A stretch of 64,000 nucleotides of DNA from a virus (IMGVR_UViG_3300050190_000082:89760-153759), one strand, 5' to 3'; shown: positions 8,884 through 20,948, numbered from the stretch's first letter. The notes: generated from the letters alone by a model not told the origin. Program-made: numbers and translations.

Positions 8884-11800
8884 CTATGCTGTTGTATCTG
8901 ACAACTGTATAAGGGAATTAATAAATCCTTCTGAATCAGATACATTCGGTAATTCAACGTGTTCTACAATTATATTTGTAATTGGGGCTTGACTTCCTTG
9001 ATTTTGAACATTGATTTTAAAATCAGGTAAATTAAGTTTAGGTAAAATATTCTTTAAAAAATTATTTGGATTAAACTTACCCCAATCCATAAGATTTTTA
9101 GTAAGACTATTTTTAATTACCCCTGCTCCTTGAGGAAGTGTTACAATTTCTCCACCATTTTCATTAATTTTGTAATCACCAGTTTTAGGTACAAAGTCTG
9201 TTCCGTCTTGATAACCTACATAATTACCATCATATAATCCAGGTATGTTGCTTAAACTCCCATATCTGGCTTTTATATATTGTATTGCACTACTTGCATT
9301 ATCAATAGGATTAAGAATATCACCTAAATTACTCATCTTATATTGATCAAAAGTGGAAGGTAACATTTGCATCAATCCAGTTGCATGTTGTCCCATAACT
9401 GATGTAGGATTTTGAATAGTTGGATTACCGCCACTTTCTCTACTTACTAATTGTGTAAGTCCAGACAACCAATCAGTTCCAACACCCGCATTAGCCATTG
9501 CTTTTTTAAGCCAATCAGTTACATTCCCACCCATAGCATCTCCTGCTGAACCAAAAGCACCAGCCCCAGAAGCAGCCATATCTGTAAATTGACTCTGAAT
9601 AAATGAATTGATATCCTGACTAGATATGCCATTTGATAATCCTTGCATTAAGAATTCACCTATTTTATGCATTACAGTTGAAGGCGAATGAATGCCAAAG
9701 GATGTATGGAATTGTGCAACAACTTTGTCAGTAAGAGTTTTTACAATGTCTGTAATGTTTTTAGTAGAATCAGTGACACCTTTTCCTAATTCATCAATCA
9801 TTCCAGTACCAGAATTATAAGAATCCATTACAAATGCATTAATACCTGTTTTTACTTTATCAATCAAGACAGTTACAGGAGTAATTAATAAAGCATTATT
9901 TGCAATGACAGAATCACCCATATTTTTATCCATACCTTTTCCATATTGAGGTGACATATCTACAAAATGTTGTAAAGAATTTGATATATCTTGTACTAAT
10001 GTATTGAGTGGTTTTTGAACTAATATATCATTATTAGTGATTGATTTACCTATATTATTGTTGAGATCATGGGCATATTTAGGAGAAGAATCAATGAATT
10101 TTTGGATATTATCATTAATATCAGACAATAAAACATCTAATGGCCTTTTCACTAAATCATCATTTGCTGTAACTGATTGACCTACAGTATTTAATGAAGC
10201 TTTTGTATCACCATTTAATATTCTACTGGTGTCATTGGCATTTATGACTTGTTCTCCACCTTGGAAATTAGCTTTATTACCAGCAATTATTTCTATGCCA
10301 TTTTCATTGATGTTTTTGACTCCTGCTTCTGCATTATCTGTTCCAGTTGCATAACCTTTTACAGAAGCACTTGCTGCCTTTTCCCTTGCTGCTTGTTTAT
10401 CTTGTTCGGTTTTTATAGAAGCATTGAGAGAGGCAATTTTATCAGTATTTGCATTATCAGATTTGAATTTAGCAGATGCAGTTTGAGTTGTACTTACAGC
10501 ATCTCTTGCAGTTTGTACTGCTGTTTGATCTGCTTCCCATTGCCATTTTCCATCCTGATAAACACGGACATTTTTCTCATTCTGAGCATTTGTCAAGTCA
10601 TTTTGTTGTTTAATTAAATCATTTTGATATTGTAATTGTTGAGTTGTTCTAGTTTCAGTTTCAGTTTTTTTATTGATTGCATCAATTTGTGCTTGATATC
10701 CTGCTATAATTAAATCAGAAGCATTTTTTTGAGTTTGTGCTATTAATGCTATAGCATCTGTGGAAGCTTTTGAAGCATCTGCTGTTATTGCTGATGTTCT
10801 AGCTTGTGCAATTGATTCTGCTGTTGCTCCTGCTTTATTTACTGCATCAAGATTAGCATTAGCAACACTTAAAGCATCAAGAGCAGATTCTTTTTGTACT
10901 ACAGTTTTAGCATCATTAACTCTTTTTGTTGCTACTGCTACTTTTTCTTCTGCTCTTGCTACTGCATCAGCTTGTTTTTGTGCGTCAGATGCTGCTTTTT
11001 TATCGGCTGCTGCTTTTGCTTTGTCTGCCTTAGCTTGAGCTGCTGATGCTGCCTTTGCTGCCTTTGTATCTGCTGCGCTTGGAGGTTCAAAACTTCCACC
11101 AGCAGGAGCACCCTTTTCCATATCTGCAACACTCATATTAGCAATTGTTTTATACGCTTCATTTGTTAGAGTTACTGTATCTAGTTGCTTACTCGCAAGA
11201 GCTAATTGAGTTGTTGCGTCAGATATTGTGCCAGAATTACGCAGATAATTGTGTTCAGCTTGAGCTTGTTGGGCATCTGTCAAATTGCCAGAATCAATTG
11301 ACGCAGCATAAGCTGAATTTTTAGCCTCAAGTGCTTTTATTTCTGCTCCAATTGCCTTAATTCTTTCTGTTGTTTGATCTACTACGTTTTGAGTTTCTAT
11401 TTGCTGTGCCTTAGCAGTTGCTTTCAAAGAATTAAGTTCTACAACTGCAAGTGCTTCTTGCGCAGTAAGATTTGCACCCAGAGCTTTAATATTTATACCA
11501 ACTGCACCAGTCTTTTGATTTAAAACTTGAATGTATTGAGGATATTTGTCAATCATATTCTGATTGACTGTCTTTTCATTCTCAGTTAGTGCAATACCTT
11601 GTGTTAATTTATCATGGACAGATTGATAACTCTTTACTAATTGTTGTTGGGAACCAATTTCTTGGACTGTTGTTGCTGTTTTTGTAATAGTTGCTTGGAC
11701 TGAAGCGTAATCAAGTGTTGTTGCTAATTTGGTCTCTGCATCTGCTTGCTTTTGAGCATCGGCTACTCCTGCAATTTGATTTTTTAATTTATCTAATGCT

Positions 11801-14800
11801 TCTGTTTTAGAATTCAAATTAAATTGTTCCATAGGTAGAAGTGACCTTTTAGCGGAAGTATCTTGTATACTTTTAATGTCTGTTTCTAGTTGTTTGATTT
11901 GCTTTTGGGCTTCAGTATAATTAACAGCATCTTTCATTTTTTGTAATGCTGTAGTCACATCATCTATTTTTTTAGGATCTAATGTATCTTCAAAAGTTTT
12001 AACAGCAGTAGTAAAGTCTACTTGAGATTTCTTTGTGGCATCTAATTGTTCTTGAACCTTTGCTTGCTGATTAGCATAACCAACAAGTCCTGCGGTTATT
12101 GCTACAACTGCTGAAAGGGCTAAAATAATTGGGTTAGCCATTAAAAAATCTAATGCTACAGAAAGTGCTTCTGTAGCAGTTGCCGCAATTCCTTCCGCTA
12201 GGATAAATTCACCTAAAGACGTAATAGCTCCTGCAATCGCTTGCCCTTTAAATATTGTTAATGCAGCAACTACTAAATATATTGCAGTACCCATTCCCCC
12301 AAAAGTTGAGGTTACATGTCCGATTGTGCTTACTAAATTGGTAAGTTGGGTTACAGCCCCATTGACAGTATCAGAGGATATAAGAGACAACCAAAGCTGT
12401 TGCATTGTATTGGTTAAATCTGCCAATTTTGCTTGGGTCGATTTACCATACTCACCAAAACGTGCCATTGCATTACCCGCACTGGATGCCTCGGTTGTTT
12501 GTTGTTGTAAAGCCATATCCATATTTTGCATGAGAGCGAGGAATTGGTCATGCTGACGGGTCATTCTGTTACTTTCACCTAAAAAGGCTACTGACTATTC
12601 AATTAAGAATAGCGGAAATGGTTCTTCTTAATTAAAATAAAATTTATTTTAATAGAGTGTCTTTACACTCGACCATTTCTCTCTATAATTTCTATAGATG
12701 TTCAGACTATATCTTATGGATTATTTGTTAAGTTAAACAAATAATATCCATCTCTCCACTTAGTCGTTGAACCTTCAACTTATTTCTAAGTTGCTTGGAT
12801 GCTGATTTCCCAATCTAGTTAATTTTCAAACATTCACGCTTGTTGTCACCAACTACGTTGTAGTTTAACTAGCTCTAAGGGATTCCCAGCAATTCGAAGA
12901 GTTCTATATATGTATTACTACATACTCAGGCACACATTTTACCTGCTACCGCCGTTGCAATTCCTGCTTGCTGAACTTGATTATAATCATTCCAATGTGA
13001 ACTTATTGTCTTCAAAACATCATCAAAGCTTTTAAATTCACCACTTGAACTGCGGATTGTTACACCCACTGAATTTAATACTTTTTCAACATTATTTAAT
13101 GGTTCCCCATTAAGATCATTCATTACTCCAGCTTTTACATTTTCGTATCGGCTAAATATGGAATTGCAAATCTGTTACTTTCGCTTATTCATAAAAATAA
13201 GTTACTGACTATTCAAATAAATGAATAGCGGAAATGGTTCTTCTTTAGGTAATTATTTCATACCGACCATTTCTCTCTCCCTTATTATGTGGAATATAGG
13301 AGACGTTCAGACTGTCGCATATGGATAAATATATTTATTTATCCATTTCTCTCGTTCAGTCGTTCACAGTGATATCAACTATTATTTAATGTAATTGATG
13401 TCTTCTGCCCTGTCACCCAACCACTGGGCTTCCAAGTCGATTAGAGAGAATTTTCTTAGCAGTTTATGTATTATGCCACTAAGCCCCCAACATTAAGGGA
13501 CGTACCAATACTATCCGCACTTTGACGAGTAGTTGATGAAATTGTACCTATATATGAAATTAATTCTGGAAGACTTACAGACGCAGCCTGTGCTGAAAAT
13601 GCTGTTTTCTGAATTGCTGCACTTAATTCCGCAGTTGATGTTGCAGATGTGTTGTCCACTGCGACCATTTTATCGACAAATCCCATCATATCGGTAGCTG
13701 ACATTTTGTAAGAGTTCATGACGCTAATTAAACTCTGTGCAGAATCTTGTTGAGATTGACCTGCAATCTTACTCATGACTGTACTACTTTTTAATAATTC
13801 AGATGTGCTACTCGCAGAATTGCCAGCTCTTAGGAATTCCTCTGATGCAGTCATTATTTCAGACGTAGTTTCATGTAATTGTCCTGCCAATGCGGAATAA
13901 TCTTGTGTCATCTGTACAATAGAATCATGAGAATTTCCTGTTATCATAGCGATATTTGTCATGTTCGCATTTATACCGTTTATAAAGGCAAATCCATCCT
14001 TAATTTGTTTAAGGGTCGAAAATAGGGCACCGCCAACGATAGACCACTGAACCATCTTAATTCCATTATTTACCAAATCTGCACCAAACCCCTGAGCAGC
14101 AACTTTAGCTTCATTTAAACCAGCTTTCATGTTGTTGGTAGCTGACGTTACTTGAGCAGATTCCGCTTTAAATGCTTCCATATCAGCAACATTAGTTAAA
14201 GAACTTGAGGATGCTGTTATTGAACTAATTTGAGACTGTACATCAGGTGTTTTGGCCAAACTTCCGAATTGACTCTGAATATTACGAAGTGCTAGTGCGT
14301 TACGCTCTTGAAAAAGTGCAATTGATCTTTGTAATTCAACATTTTCTAATCTCGTATTTTCTATTTCCTTATCCGCTACAAGTTGTATACTTGTTTCTGA
14401 TCTCATACTTGCCATTAAACTCTTGAGAGAATCTAATTGGCTAAAAGCTTCTGATCCAATAGAAATTGCACTTAATTTTTCTTGAAGTAAAACCATTTGA
14501 TCTTCAGTTAACTTAACAGAAGAAGCTCCACCTCTAATCTCTGCAAACAGCAAGTTATATTTTTCTTGTTGTGACTGAATGGCTAAAGTTTGCTTTTCTT
14601 CCAAACTTATTGTTTGGGTTATTTGATTATCCATTTCTACAAGAGCAGAGACATTATCAAGTATTTCTTGCTTTAAGGTATCAGAGAAACTTCCACTATT
14701 TAAAGCATTTATTTTCTCTTCTAATGTAGCCAACTCTACCGATAATTTTTCGACATTGGTAATATCGTCTAATTTTACTATTTGTTTCACTTGAAATAAA

Positions 14801-15684
14801 TTTAACTTTTCTTCTAAACTTAATGTTTTATCTATTTGAGTATCCATATCTTGAAGAGAGGATATATCATTGAGTATTTCTTGTTTAAAAGAATTTGTAA
14901 AATTATTTCCATTTAAACTATTTATTTTTTCTTTAAGTGTAGTTATCTCAACAGATAACTTTTCTGCATTCACAATATCATCTACATTAAATATCTGCTT
15001 TTGTTGAAATGCTCCTATATTATCTAACTCTTTTACAGTAGCTATTTCTTGTTTGTAGGCATTGATTACCTCATCAACTGCTAGTTTAGCTTCTTGTTGA
15101 TCTATTGTAGAAGAGTTAGAGTTTAATCCAGATACCAAACTTTCGGCATTTATAGCCAATGGTTTTGCGGATATTGGCATACTCCCTAAATCAGACATTG
15201 ACGCTCTTAATTTTTCTTGAGTAATTACTAATTTTTCAGCTTCAATTCGATTTGCTTTATAACCATCTACTGTTTGTAATATAGTTCCTTTCCATATCTT
15301 TGTATGGTCTCCGGCTTCACTTATTACAGTATCGAAATTCTTCGTTTCCTTAACTGCCTGACCTAAACTGTTTGTAAATTGAGTAGTTTGAGTTTTTAGG
15401 TCTTCGAATACCTTTCCAGAAATATCCTTAGTAACTTTAAATTTTTCCGTAAAACTGTCTATTCCAGTAGAATCTACATTAATTTTCATTGGACTATTTG
15501 CTTCACTGGTTAAAGTTTGTATCTTTGATGTGATAGCATTTAAAGCGTCACTATCTGTTTCAACTTTTAACTTGATTGGGTTACCATTAATTTCATCACG
15601 AATACTATTTATACTATTTAATATACTCTCTTTCGATTTGCTGTCTAAAATCGCTTGTATATTAATCTGAATCATATCTGACAT
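8884..15684 (-). CDS. Tape measure protein with C-terminal lytic transglycosylase (SLT); three exons 15684-13496, 13166-12941, 12561-8884; 2030 aa after splicing
   Basis: Joining exons gives continuous frame (6093 nt) with junctions SIGTSL/NSIFSR and AVAG/TRQ; TP901-type TMP core; SLT motifs ESGGNP, GLMQM, YIKARYG. Confidence 0.92.
12562..12940 (-). ncRNA. Group I self-splicing intron (379 nt, no ORF), tape measure intron 2
   Basis: P1 CAGGU/GCCUG with U-G at 5' splice site; P AAUUGCUGGGAA, Q AAUCAGCA, R GGUUCAACGACUAA, S AAGAUAUAGUC; P3 CUCUUC/GGAGAG; terminal G. Confidence 0.93.
13167..13495 (-). ncRNA. Group I self-splicing intron (329 nt, no ORF), tape measure intron 1
   Basis: P1 UCCCU/GGGGG; P3 UUCUCUC/GAGAGAA; P7 GACUG/CAGUC (GUGAACGACUGA ... 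UGCGACAGUC); P8 AUGGAUAAAUA/UAUUUAUCCAU; terminal G; excision restores frame. Confidence 0.9.
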
Positions 15685-15735
15685 TAATTAATCAACTCCT
15701 CTACACGATAATAGAGGGTTAATCACCCTCTATTA

Positions 15736-16218
15736 TTATATTACGTCTATTCCTTCTTTTGCTAATCCTTTGATAAACATTTCTTTTGCTTTTCCATTTT
15801 CTAAATCCTTCTGTGTTTTTTCAATGAAGGCTCTCGATTTTAAATATTCTTCATGATAAGGATAATCATATTCTCCGTACCCATTATTATCACCATATTC
15901 AACTAATCCTGCAATTTGAAATGGATTTTTATAATTAGGCATATAATCTTGATTACTCATAGTTTCATTATCAACTGACATTACGACTGTATTCCCACCA
16001 GAAATAAAACTACTATGCATATTATTAGTATCAGACAAACCACCATTGTCTTCTCTTCTGTCATATACTTTAGGAGAATAACTATTATAAACAACATCTT
16101 TTACATTCTGAGATTCTAATTGTTTAACCTCTGGAGCAACTGTTACCTCCATAGCTGTTTTAACTTTTAATAATAGATATGCTTCTAATTCGTCTAAATT
16201 ATTAAATGATGGAGACAT
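15736..16218 (-). CDS. Conserved phage tail-region protein (HK97 gp10-like)
   Basis: 160 aa; VY..YSPKVYDRR..GGL.D and RAF motifs; upstream of tape measure. Confidence 0.55.
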   Translation of the reverse strand: MSPSFNNLDELEAYLLLKVKTAMEVTVAPEVKQLESQNVKDVVYNSYSPKVYDRREDNGGLSDTNNMHSSFISGGNTVVMSVDNETMSNQDYMPNYKNPFQIAGLVEYGDNNGYGEYDYPYHEEYLKSRAFIEKTQKDLENGKAKEMFIKGLAKEGIDVI

Positions 16219-16229
16219 TTAACTACCTC

Positions 16230-16772
16230 CTATACTACTTTTTTCTTTCTTGGTGTTGCTTTTGGTTGCTTTAAACTTGAAAGAATATTTGGTAACTCCT
16301 TCATAATGCTTCCCAACTCTCCTTGAGCTGGAAGTTTGAGTGAAATACTATTTAATGTTTTACTTAGTATTGAAGCTACACTGTTATTTAATTCAATTTC
16401 TTGACTAATTTCATTCTCTAGAAGTGTAATAAATTCATTACATTCACTATTTTTTAATACATAATCAATGATTTTATTTTGTTTGCAGAAGTCATAAAAC
16501 TCAATTGCAAGAACAGAATCTATATTGTTCTCTGCGTCATATAGTCCTTCAAATTCAATATTTGTATAATTAACTAGGATATAGAGTGATTCAAATAGAT
16601 TTTTAATTATGTAGTCTATTTTTAGAAAATTGTTTTCATCTCTGTTTAGACAAATTTTAACTATATTATCAACCATATTTTTTTTGGAAACAAGAGAGAC
16701 ATATGAGAGAGTAATGAGATTAGAAATATTTTCACCTGATTGGACTTTTTCTTTTAATTCAATAAATTTCAT
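16230..16772 (-). CDS. Putative tail assembly chaperone
   Basis: 180 aa helical ORF with AGGAG RBS; YVSLVSKK and YTNIEF motifs; position. Confidence 0.45.
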   Translation of the reverse strand: MKFIELKEKVQSGENISNLITLSYVSLVSKKNMVDNIVKICLNRDENNFLKIDYIIKNLFESLYILVNYTNIEFEGLYDAENNIDSVLAIEFYDFCKQNKIIDYVLKNSECNEFITLLENEISQEIELNNSVASILSKTLNSISLKLPAQGELGSIMKELPNILSSLKQPKATPRKKKVV

Positions 16773-16854
16773 TTAATTTAATCTCCTTTTTATTTAAAAT
16801 AAAAAGACCTATCAAATATGATAAGTCTTAGAAAAACCTATTAACTTTAACTTA

Positions 16855-17448
16855 TTAAACGGTTGCTAATCCTCTTTTTATAACTACAGTGATTATTCCA
16901 TGCCATTTGTTTATAATATTTTTAGAGGAATTATAAGTAATCCCCTTTTTGTCTATTGCATTTCTACTATTAATAGAATAAAAAATAAACTCAGGATCTA
17001 AAATAGAATTTATGATAATTTTAATTCCTAGTTTTTTAATCTTTCCATTTTTATTACCCAATCCTCCTATCACTGCACCTGGGATACCAGCAATTACTCC
17101 TCCCATAAAAGCACCAGATTTTGAATATTTACCAACAGATACTTCATCTTCAGTAACTTCTACAGAAATTACTTCATCAAAATCAACAAATCTATTTACA
17201 TATTCTTTTTCTGTTATGGTAATCAAAACTAATTTCTTATTTTCTTCATCAATTGCTATAGCTTTATCAATTTTTCCTAATGTATTAATTCCAATTTCTT
17301 TTTGAACACATTTAAAATCTGGAAGGGAATCAATATGATTCAAAACATTTTCCCTATCTACCCTGTATTTCTCATTTTTTGAAGACACTGATAAAATAAA
17401 AGGAAGGAAGAAAATTATGATTATACCAATAAAAAATAAAATACTCAT
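16855..17448 (-). CDS. Membrane-anchored accessory protein
   Basis: N-terminal hydrophobic helix and GAFMGGVIAGIPGAVIGG glycine zipper. Confidence 0.7.
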   Translation of the reverse strand: MSILFFIGIIIIFFLPFILSVSSKNEKYRVDRENVLNHIDSLPDFKCVQKEIGINTLGKIDKAIAIDEENKKLVLITITEKEYVNRFVDFDEVISVEVTEDEVSVGKYSKSGAFMGGVIAGIPGAVIGGLGNKNGKIKKLGIKIIINSILDPEFIFYSINSRNAIDKKGITYNSSKNIINKWHGIITVVIKRGLATV

Positions 17449-17582
17449 CTAGTATGTACCTCCTAATTAGTATTTTGTTATTTAGTTTATTATATGCTAA
17501 CTAGGAAATATATACAACAAATAATTGAAATCATGTTAAGATCTGTATTAGATCATAATAAAACGCGCCTTTCATTGTTTGA

Positions 17583-20285
17583 TTATGCTACAATTTTATT
17601 AACTTGTAATATCATAGCCATTAATTTTTTATACTTCTCTCTAAGTAATTCAAAATTATTTTTCAAATCACAAGGATAGATATCTAAAAACATAATATTA
17701 TTATTGCTTTTATAATATTCATTTTTCCTATCCGTTTTGAATCTGTAATCTATGATTCTTTGCAACGGGTTAGTCAATGAATACAAACCGTAATACTCCA
17801 AATAGATTGGCTTTTGAAGTCTAATTTTTGTGCCAGACTTATCATTAATATATTCAATTACAAAATCTGGACAATATTTATTGTCTTCATGATCATATGG
17901 CAGAATAAAGGAATGTTTGCCACTATGTTTAGACCCAATTGCTTCAATGTATTGAATTCCTAGCTCTCTCTTTAGGTATTCATATAAAACCTTTTCTTCG
18001 ATACTATCACATATTGTTCTATCATATGCAACACACAAACCGAAATCTTCTGGTATCCAATAATTTGCGTATTCAGGAAATGCTTCACAACACCATGTAT
18101 AGAAGTTTTTAAAACGTTTTTTATTAATATGTTTGATAAATTTAGGATAACAAGTTGCAATAAATGGTCTATTAATATAACTAGGGATGTCATCAATAGG
18201 ATTTTTAATATATCCATCTAATCTGAATTCAACTAGTTCTCTCAACATTCTTAGGAGAATGGGCTTATCTGATTTATTGAATTGATGCCATTCCCAATCA
18301 AACAAGATATTATTTTCTTTAATTATTGGATATGATTCTACCAATAAATCATACAAAGATAAATTATAACTGTTGTATGCAAATATTTTAGAAATTAATT
18401 CACTCCTAAAATATTCATATACCCATAATTTTAAATTATCAGTATTATTAATTGTATTCAATATACTTTCTTTGCATTCCTGTTCACAATAATGTTTTAT
18501 TTTATCCAACCTATTTTGTTTATTTTGCCAAAAACTATGGGGTACGCTTTCAAAATCCCATACATCAATAGGTCTAAAATAAATAGGATGAAGTATATTA
18601 TTATATTCATAATACCACATTACGATATCAAATATTGAAGAAAACTTTCTTGCCCATAAAGCATCCATTTTCTTACTGAATTTTTCTCCTAACCCACTTT
18701 TCAATAAATCATTTGCAGATAGTTTGTTATCATTCATCCAACATGAAATAATTTCATTTATATTTATATCTGTATATAATTCTGGAAATACATCATTTTC
18801 TGTAATATTTAACTCAGGAAAACATTTTTGAAACGCTAGTAATTTCCCTCCAAGTCTAAAAATAGACATATCTATTCTATATTTTTCAAATTCTTGGCTG
18901 CCAATTGAACAAATTTCTTCTATAGAATGTAAATTGAGCTTAATATTAAATATATATCTGATTATATCTATAATATTTTTATCTTGGTAACAAAATTCAG
19001 GCATTTGTTTTAGATTATTATTTAAAAATGCGTCATACCATGAATAAATATTGTATCTGTCGGTAATAAGTATATTATTCTTCTTACAAGATTTAAGTAA
19101 ATTTCTTTCATAAGATTCTTTTGTTTCACAATCTTTACATATATATTTTAACCCAAATTTCGACCCTATACCTTTAGAAAAATTATCCTCTATAAATTCT
19201 TTAATTTCTCCACATTTAATACATTTGATTGCATTTGGTTTTATAAATATTATATTGTAATTTTGTCCATCAATAATATTCCTAAATTTATCAACATTTG
19301 TTTCTTGTGATAAATCATAAACTGGAGTAATATAATTATACATTTGTTTTAACGAATTTTCCTTAAAATATTTAAAGAATTGTGTCCTACATATATATCC
19401 GTCGTTATTATTTAATTCCTTATCAATAGGGAATTTTTTATTAATTTCACAAAACCTTATAATCTCATTTATTAATGTTTTACCATTATTATCTAGAGTA
19501 TTATATTCATTTGTTAACTTATATACTTTCCCTTCCAATAATTTAGGAACACAATCACTTTTAATATCAAATGAATAATTATCTTGCAACATTTCTTCTT
19601 TTGAAAATATTTCACCATACATTTCTTCAAATAAAAAAATGTTACTTCCATTAAACTTTACATTGCATAAACCGAGAAAATAATATTCACTTAGTAAATT
19701 ATTAAATCCAAATGACCCAGCACAATTTATATTATCTATACCTTTATTTTCTAATAATTTTTCCTTAAACCATTTTAAAGCATTATTAGTATTTTCTTCT
19801 GTCCATCCATTCCCTATAGTAGAAGACCTTAGTTCCCAAGGTTGAATATTATATTCTGGAAATGATTTTATTAAATAATTATATAGACTAAATTTTTTAA
19901 TGCCTAATAATCCACCTAAACCATTATCTTTAAAAGTCTTTGTAGAATAATTATTGCAAATATCTTCTTTATTCCATTTTAAAATATCATTTATCATGTA
20001 CCTAATTAAAATTATTATGTATTCATCATGGTTATATACTCCATTTGTAAATACTTTAATTTCTTTATTTAATAGTGCTTTATACATAAAGATTACTTCA
20101 TCTTCTGTTAGGGAATTAATGATCTCAAACTTATTAAGTTTCAATTTTTTAGAATATAAACTTATAGTTGAAATTGATTTACCATAATACTTTTCTAATT
20201 GATACATAGACATTTTGCGAAAATTAGATGTAAATTCTTCTTCAGAAATATACCAAGGAATTATTACTTTAACTTCTTTACTCAT
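17583..20285 (-). CDS. Large putative endonuclease: DUF4046-like repeats, Zn finger, C-terminal PD-(D/E)XK-like domain
   Basis: Repeated ..FPE...PW motifs, CIKC..CKDC, C-terminal DSIEE...PDF...LEYYG. Confidence 0.65.
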   Translation of the reverse strand: MSKEVKVIIPWYISEEEFTSNFRKMSMYQLEKYYGKSISTISLYSKKLKLNKFEIINSLTEDEVIFMYKALLNKEIKVFTNGVYNHDEYIIILIRYMINDILKWNKEDICNNYSTKTFKDNGLGGLLGIKKFSLYNYLIKSFPEYNIQPWELRSSTIGNGWTEENTNNALKWFKEKLLENKGIDNINCAGSFGFNNLLSEYYFLGLCNVKFNGSNIFLFEEMYGEIFSKEEMLQDNYSFDIKSDCVPKLLEGKVYKLTNEYNTLDNNGKTLINEIIRFCEINKKFPIDKELNNNDGYICRTQFFKYFKENSLKQMYNYITPVYDLSQETNVDKFRNIIDGQNYNIIFIKPNAIKCIKCGEIKEFIEDNFSKGIGSKFGLKYICKDCETKESYERNLLKSCKKNNILITDRYNIYSWYDAFLNNNLKQMPEFCYQDKNIIDIIRYIFNIKLNLHSIEEICSIGSQEFEKYRIDMSIFRLGGKLLAFQKCFPELNITENDVFPELYTDININEIISCWMNDNKLSANDLLKSGLGEKFSKKMDALWARKFSSIFDIVMWYYEYNNILHPIYFRPIDVWDFESVPHSFWQNKQNRLDKIKHYCEQECKESILNTINNTDNLKLWVYEYFRSELISKIFAYNSYNLSLYDLLVESYPIIKENNILFDWEWHQFNKSDKPILLRMLRELVEFRLDGYIKNPIDDIPSYINRPFIATCYPKFIKHINKKRFKNFYTWCCEAFPEYANYWIPEDFGLCVAYDRTICDSIEEKVLYEYLKRELGIQYIEAIGSKHSGKHSFILPYDHEDNKYCPDFVIEYINDKSGTKIRLQKPIYLEYYGLYSLTNPLQRIIDYRFKTDRKNEYYKSNNNIMFLDIYPCDLKNNFELLREKYKKLMAMILQVNKIVA

Positions 20286-20309
20286 ATTCTTTCTACCTCC
20301 GATAATTTT

Positions 20310-20400
20310 TACTCCCCTTAACCCTTACAATTTCTATATAATACAGAGGGGGTGGCTGGAGTATGCCAATCAGGGTTATAACTCCTGATCTTCCCTCTGT
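20310..20400 (-). promoter_or_regulatory. Structured 5' leader, copy A
   Basis: P1 ACAGAGGG/CCCUCUGU; P2 AUCAGG/CCUGAU with loop AGUUAUAAC; P3 UGGC/GCCA with loop AUACUCCA complementary to downstream GGAGUA. Confidence 0.7.
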
Positions 20401-20488
20401 AAAACTAACAAATTAATCTAATTTCCTGACAAATCCTGTCGAATTATCTCAATTACCACCTTAACATGATAGAATAATTCGACAGGAG

Positions 20489-20707
20489 GTGAAAAGAATG
20501 AATATACCCAAAATAAAACAATGTTATAATTGTGGAAACAATTCATTTGGTAGTTTAGTCTCGAATGGAAATACACCATATACAATTTTAGTTTCTGCTG
20601 AAAAACAAGACGATGGTAGTTTTAAGCCAGATAATACTAAAGTATTAGGTGTTATTCCTATAGTCTGCAACAAATGTGGTTTGGTTCAACTTTTTATTGA
20701 GAAATAG
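20489..20707 (+). CDS. Small zinc-ribbon protein
   Basis: CYNC...CNKCG, AGGAGG RBS. Confidence 0.7.
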   Translation: MKRMNIPKIKQCYNCGNNSFGSLVSNGNTPYTILVSAEKQDDGSFKPDNTKVLGVIPIVCNKCGLVQLFIEK

Positions 20708-20786
20708 TATCCCATTGATATTTACCCCAAATAATTGTAACTTCTAACTGTTCTTCTTGAGTAGTTTCTTTTTTACTCTCTTCCAT
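20694..20786 (-). CDS. Possible 30-aa peptide (MEESKKETTQEEQLEVTIIWGKYQWDTISQ)
   Basis: AAGGAAGTGA RBS before ATG; overlaps the 3' end of convergent gene. Confidence 0.4.
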   Translation of the reverse strand: MEESKKETTQEEQLEVTIIWGKYQWDTISQ

Positions 20787-20809
20787 TTTTTATCACTTCC
20801 TTTCTTCCT

Positions 20810-20844
20810 AGAATGGGCTTGCTATTACAAGTCCATTCTTTTTG
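20810..20844 (+). terminator. Intrinsic terminator
   Basis: AGAATGGGCTTG/CAAGTCCATTCT hairpin followed by T run. Confidence 0.55.
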
Positions 20845-20948
20845 CTCATTTTAATTTAAAGTTATTAAACTCCAACTCTTCATAGTAGACTTTATACATC
20901 CATTCAATATAGAAATCATTCATAGGAAACTGAATTAATTTACCCAAA

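Noticed and set aside
8884-15684. Three separate genes or a frameshifted pseudogene
   Set aside because: Explained exactly by two group I introns
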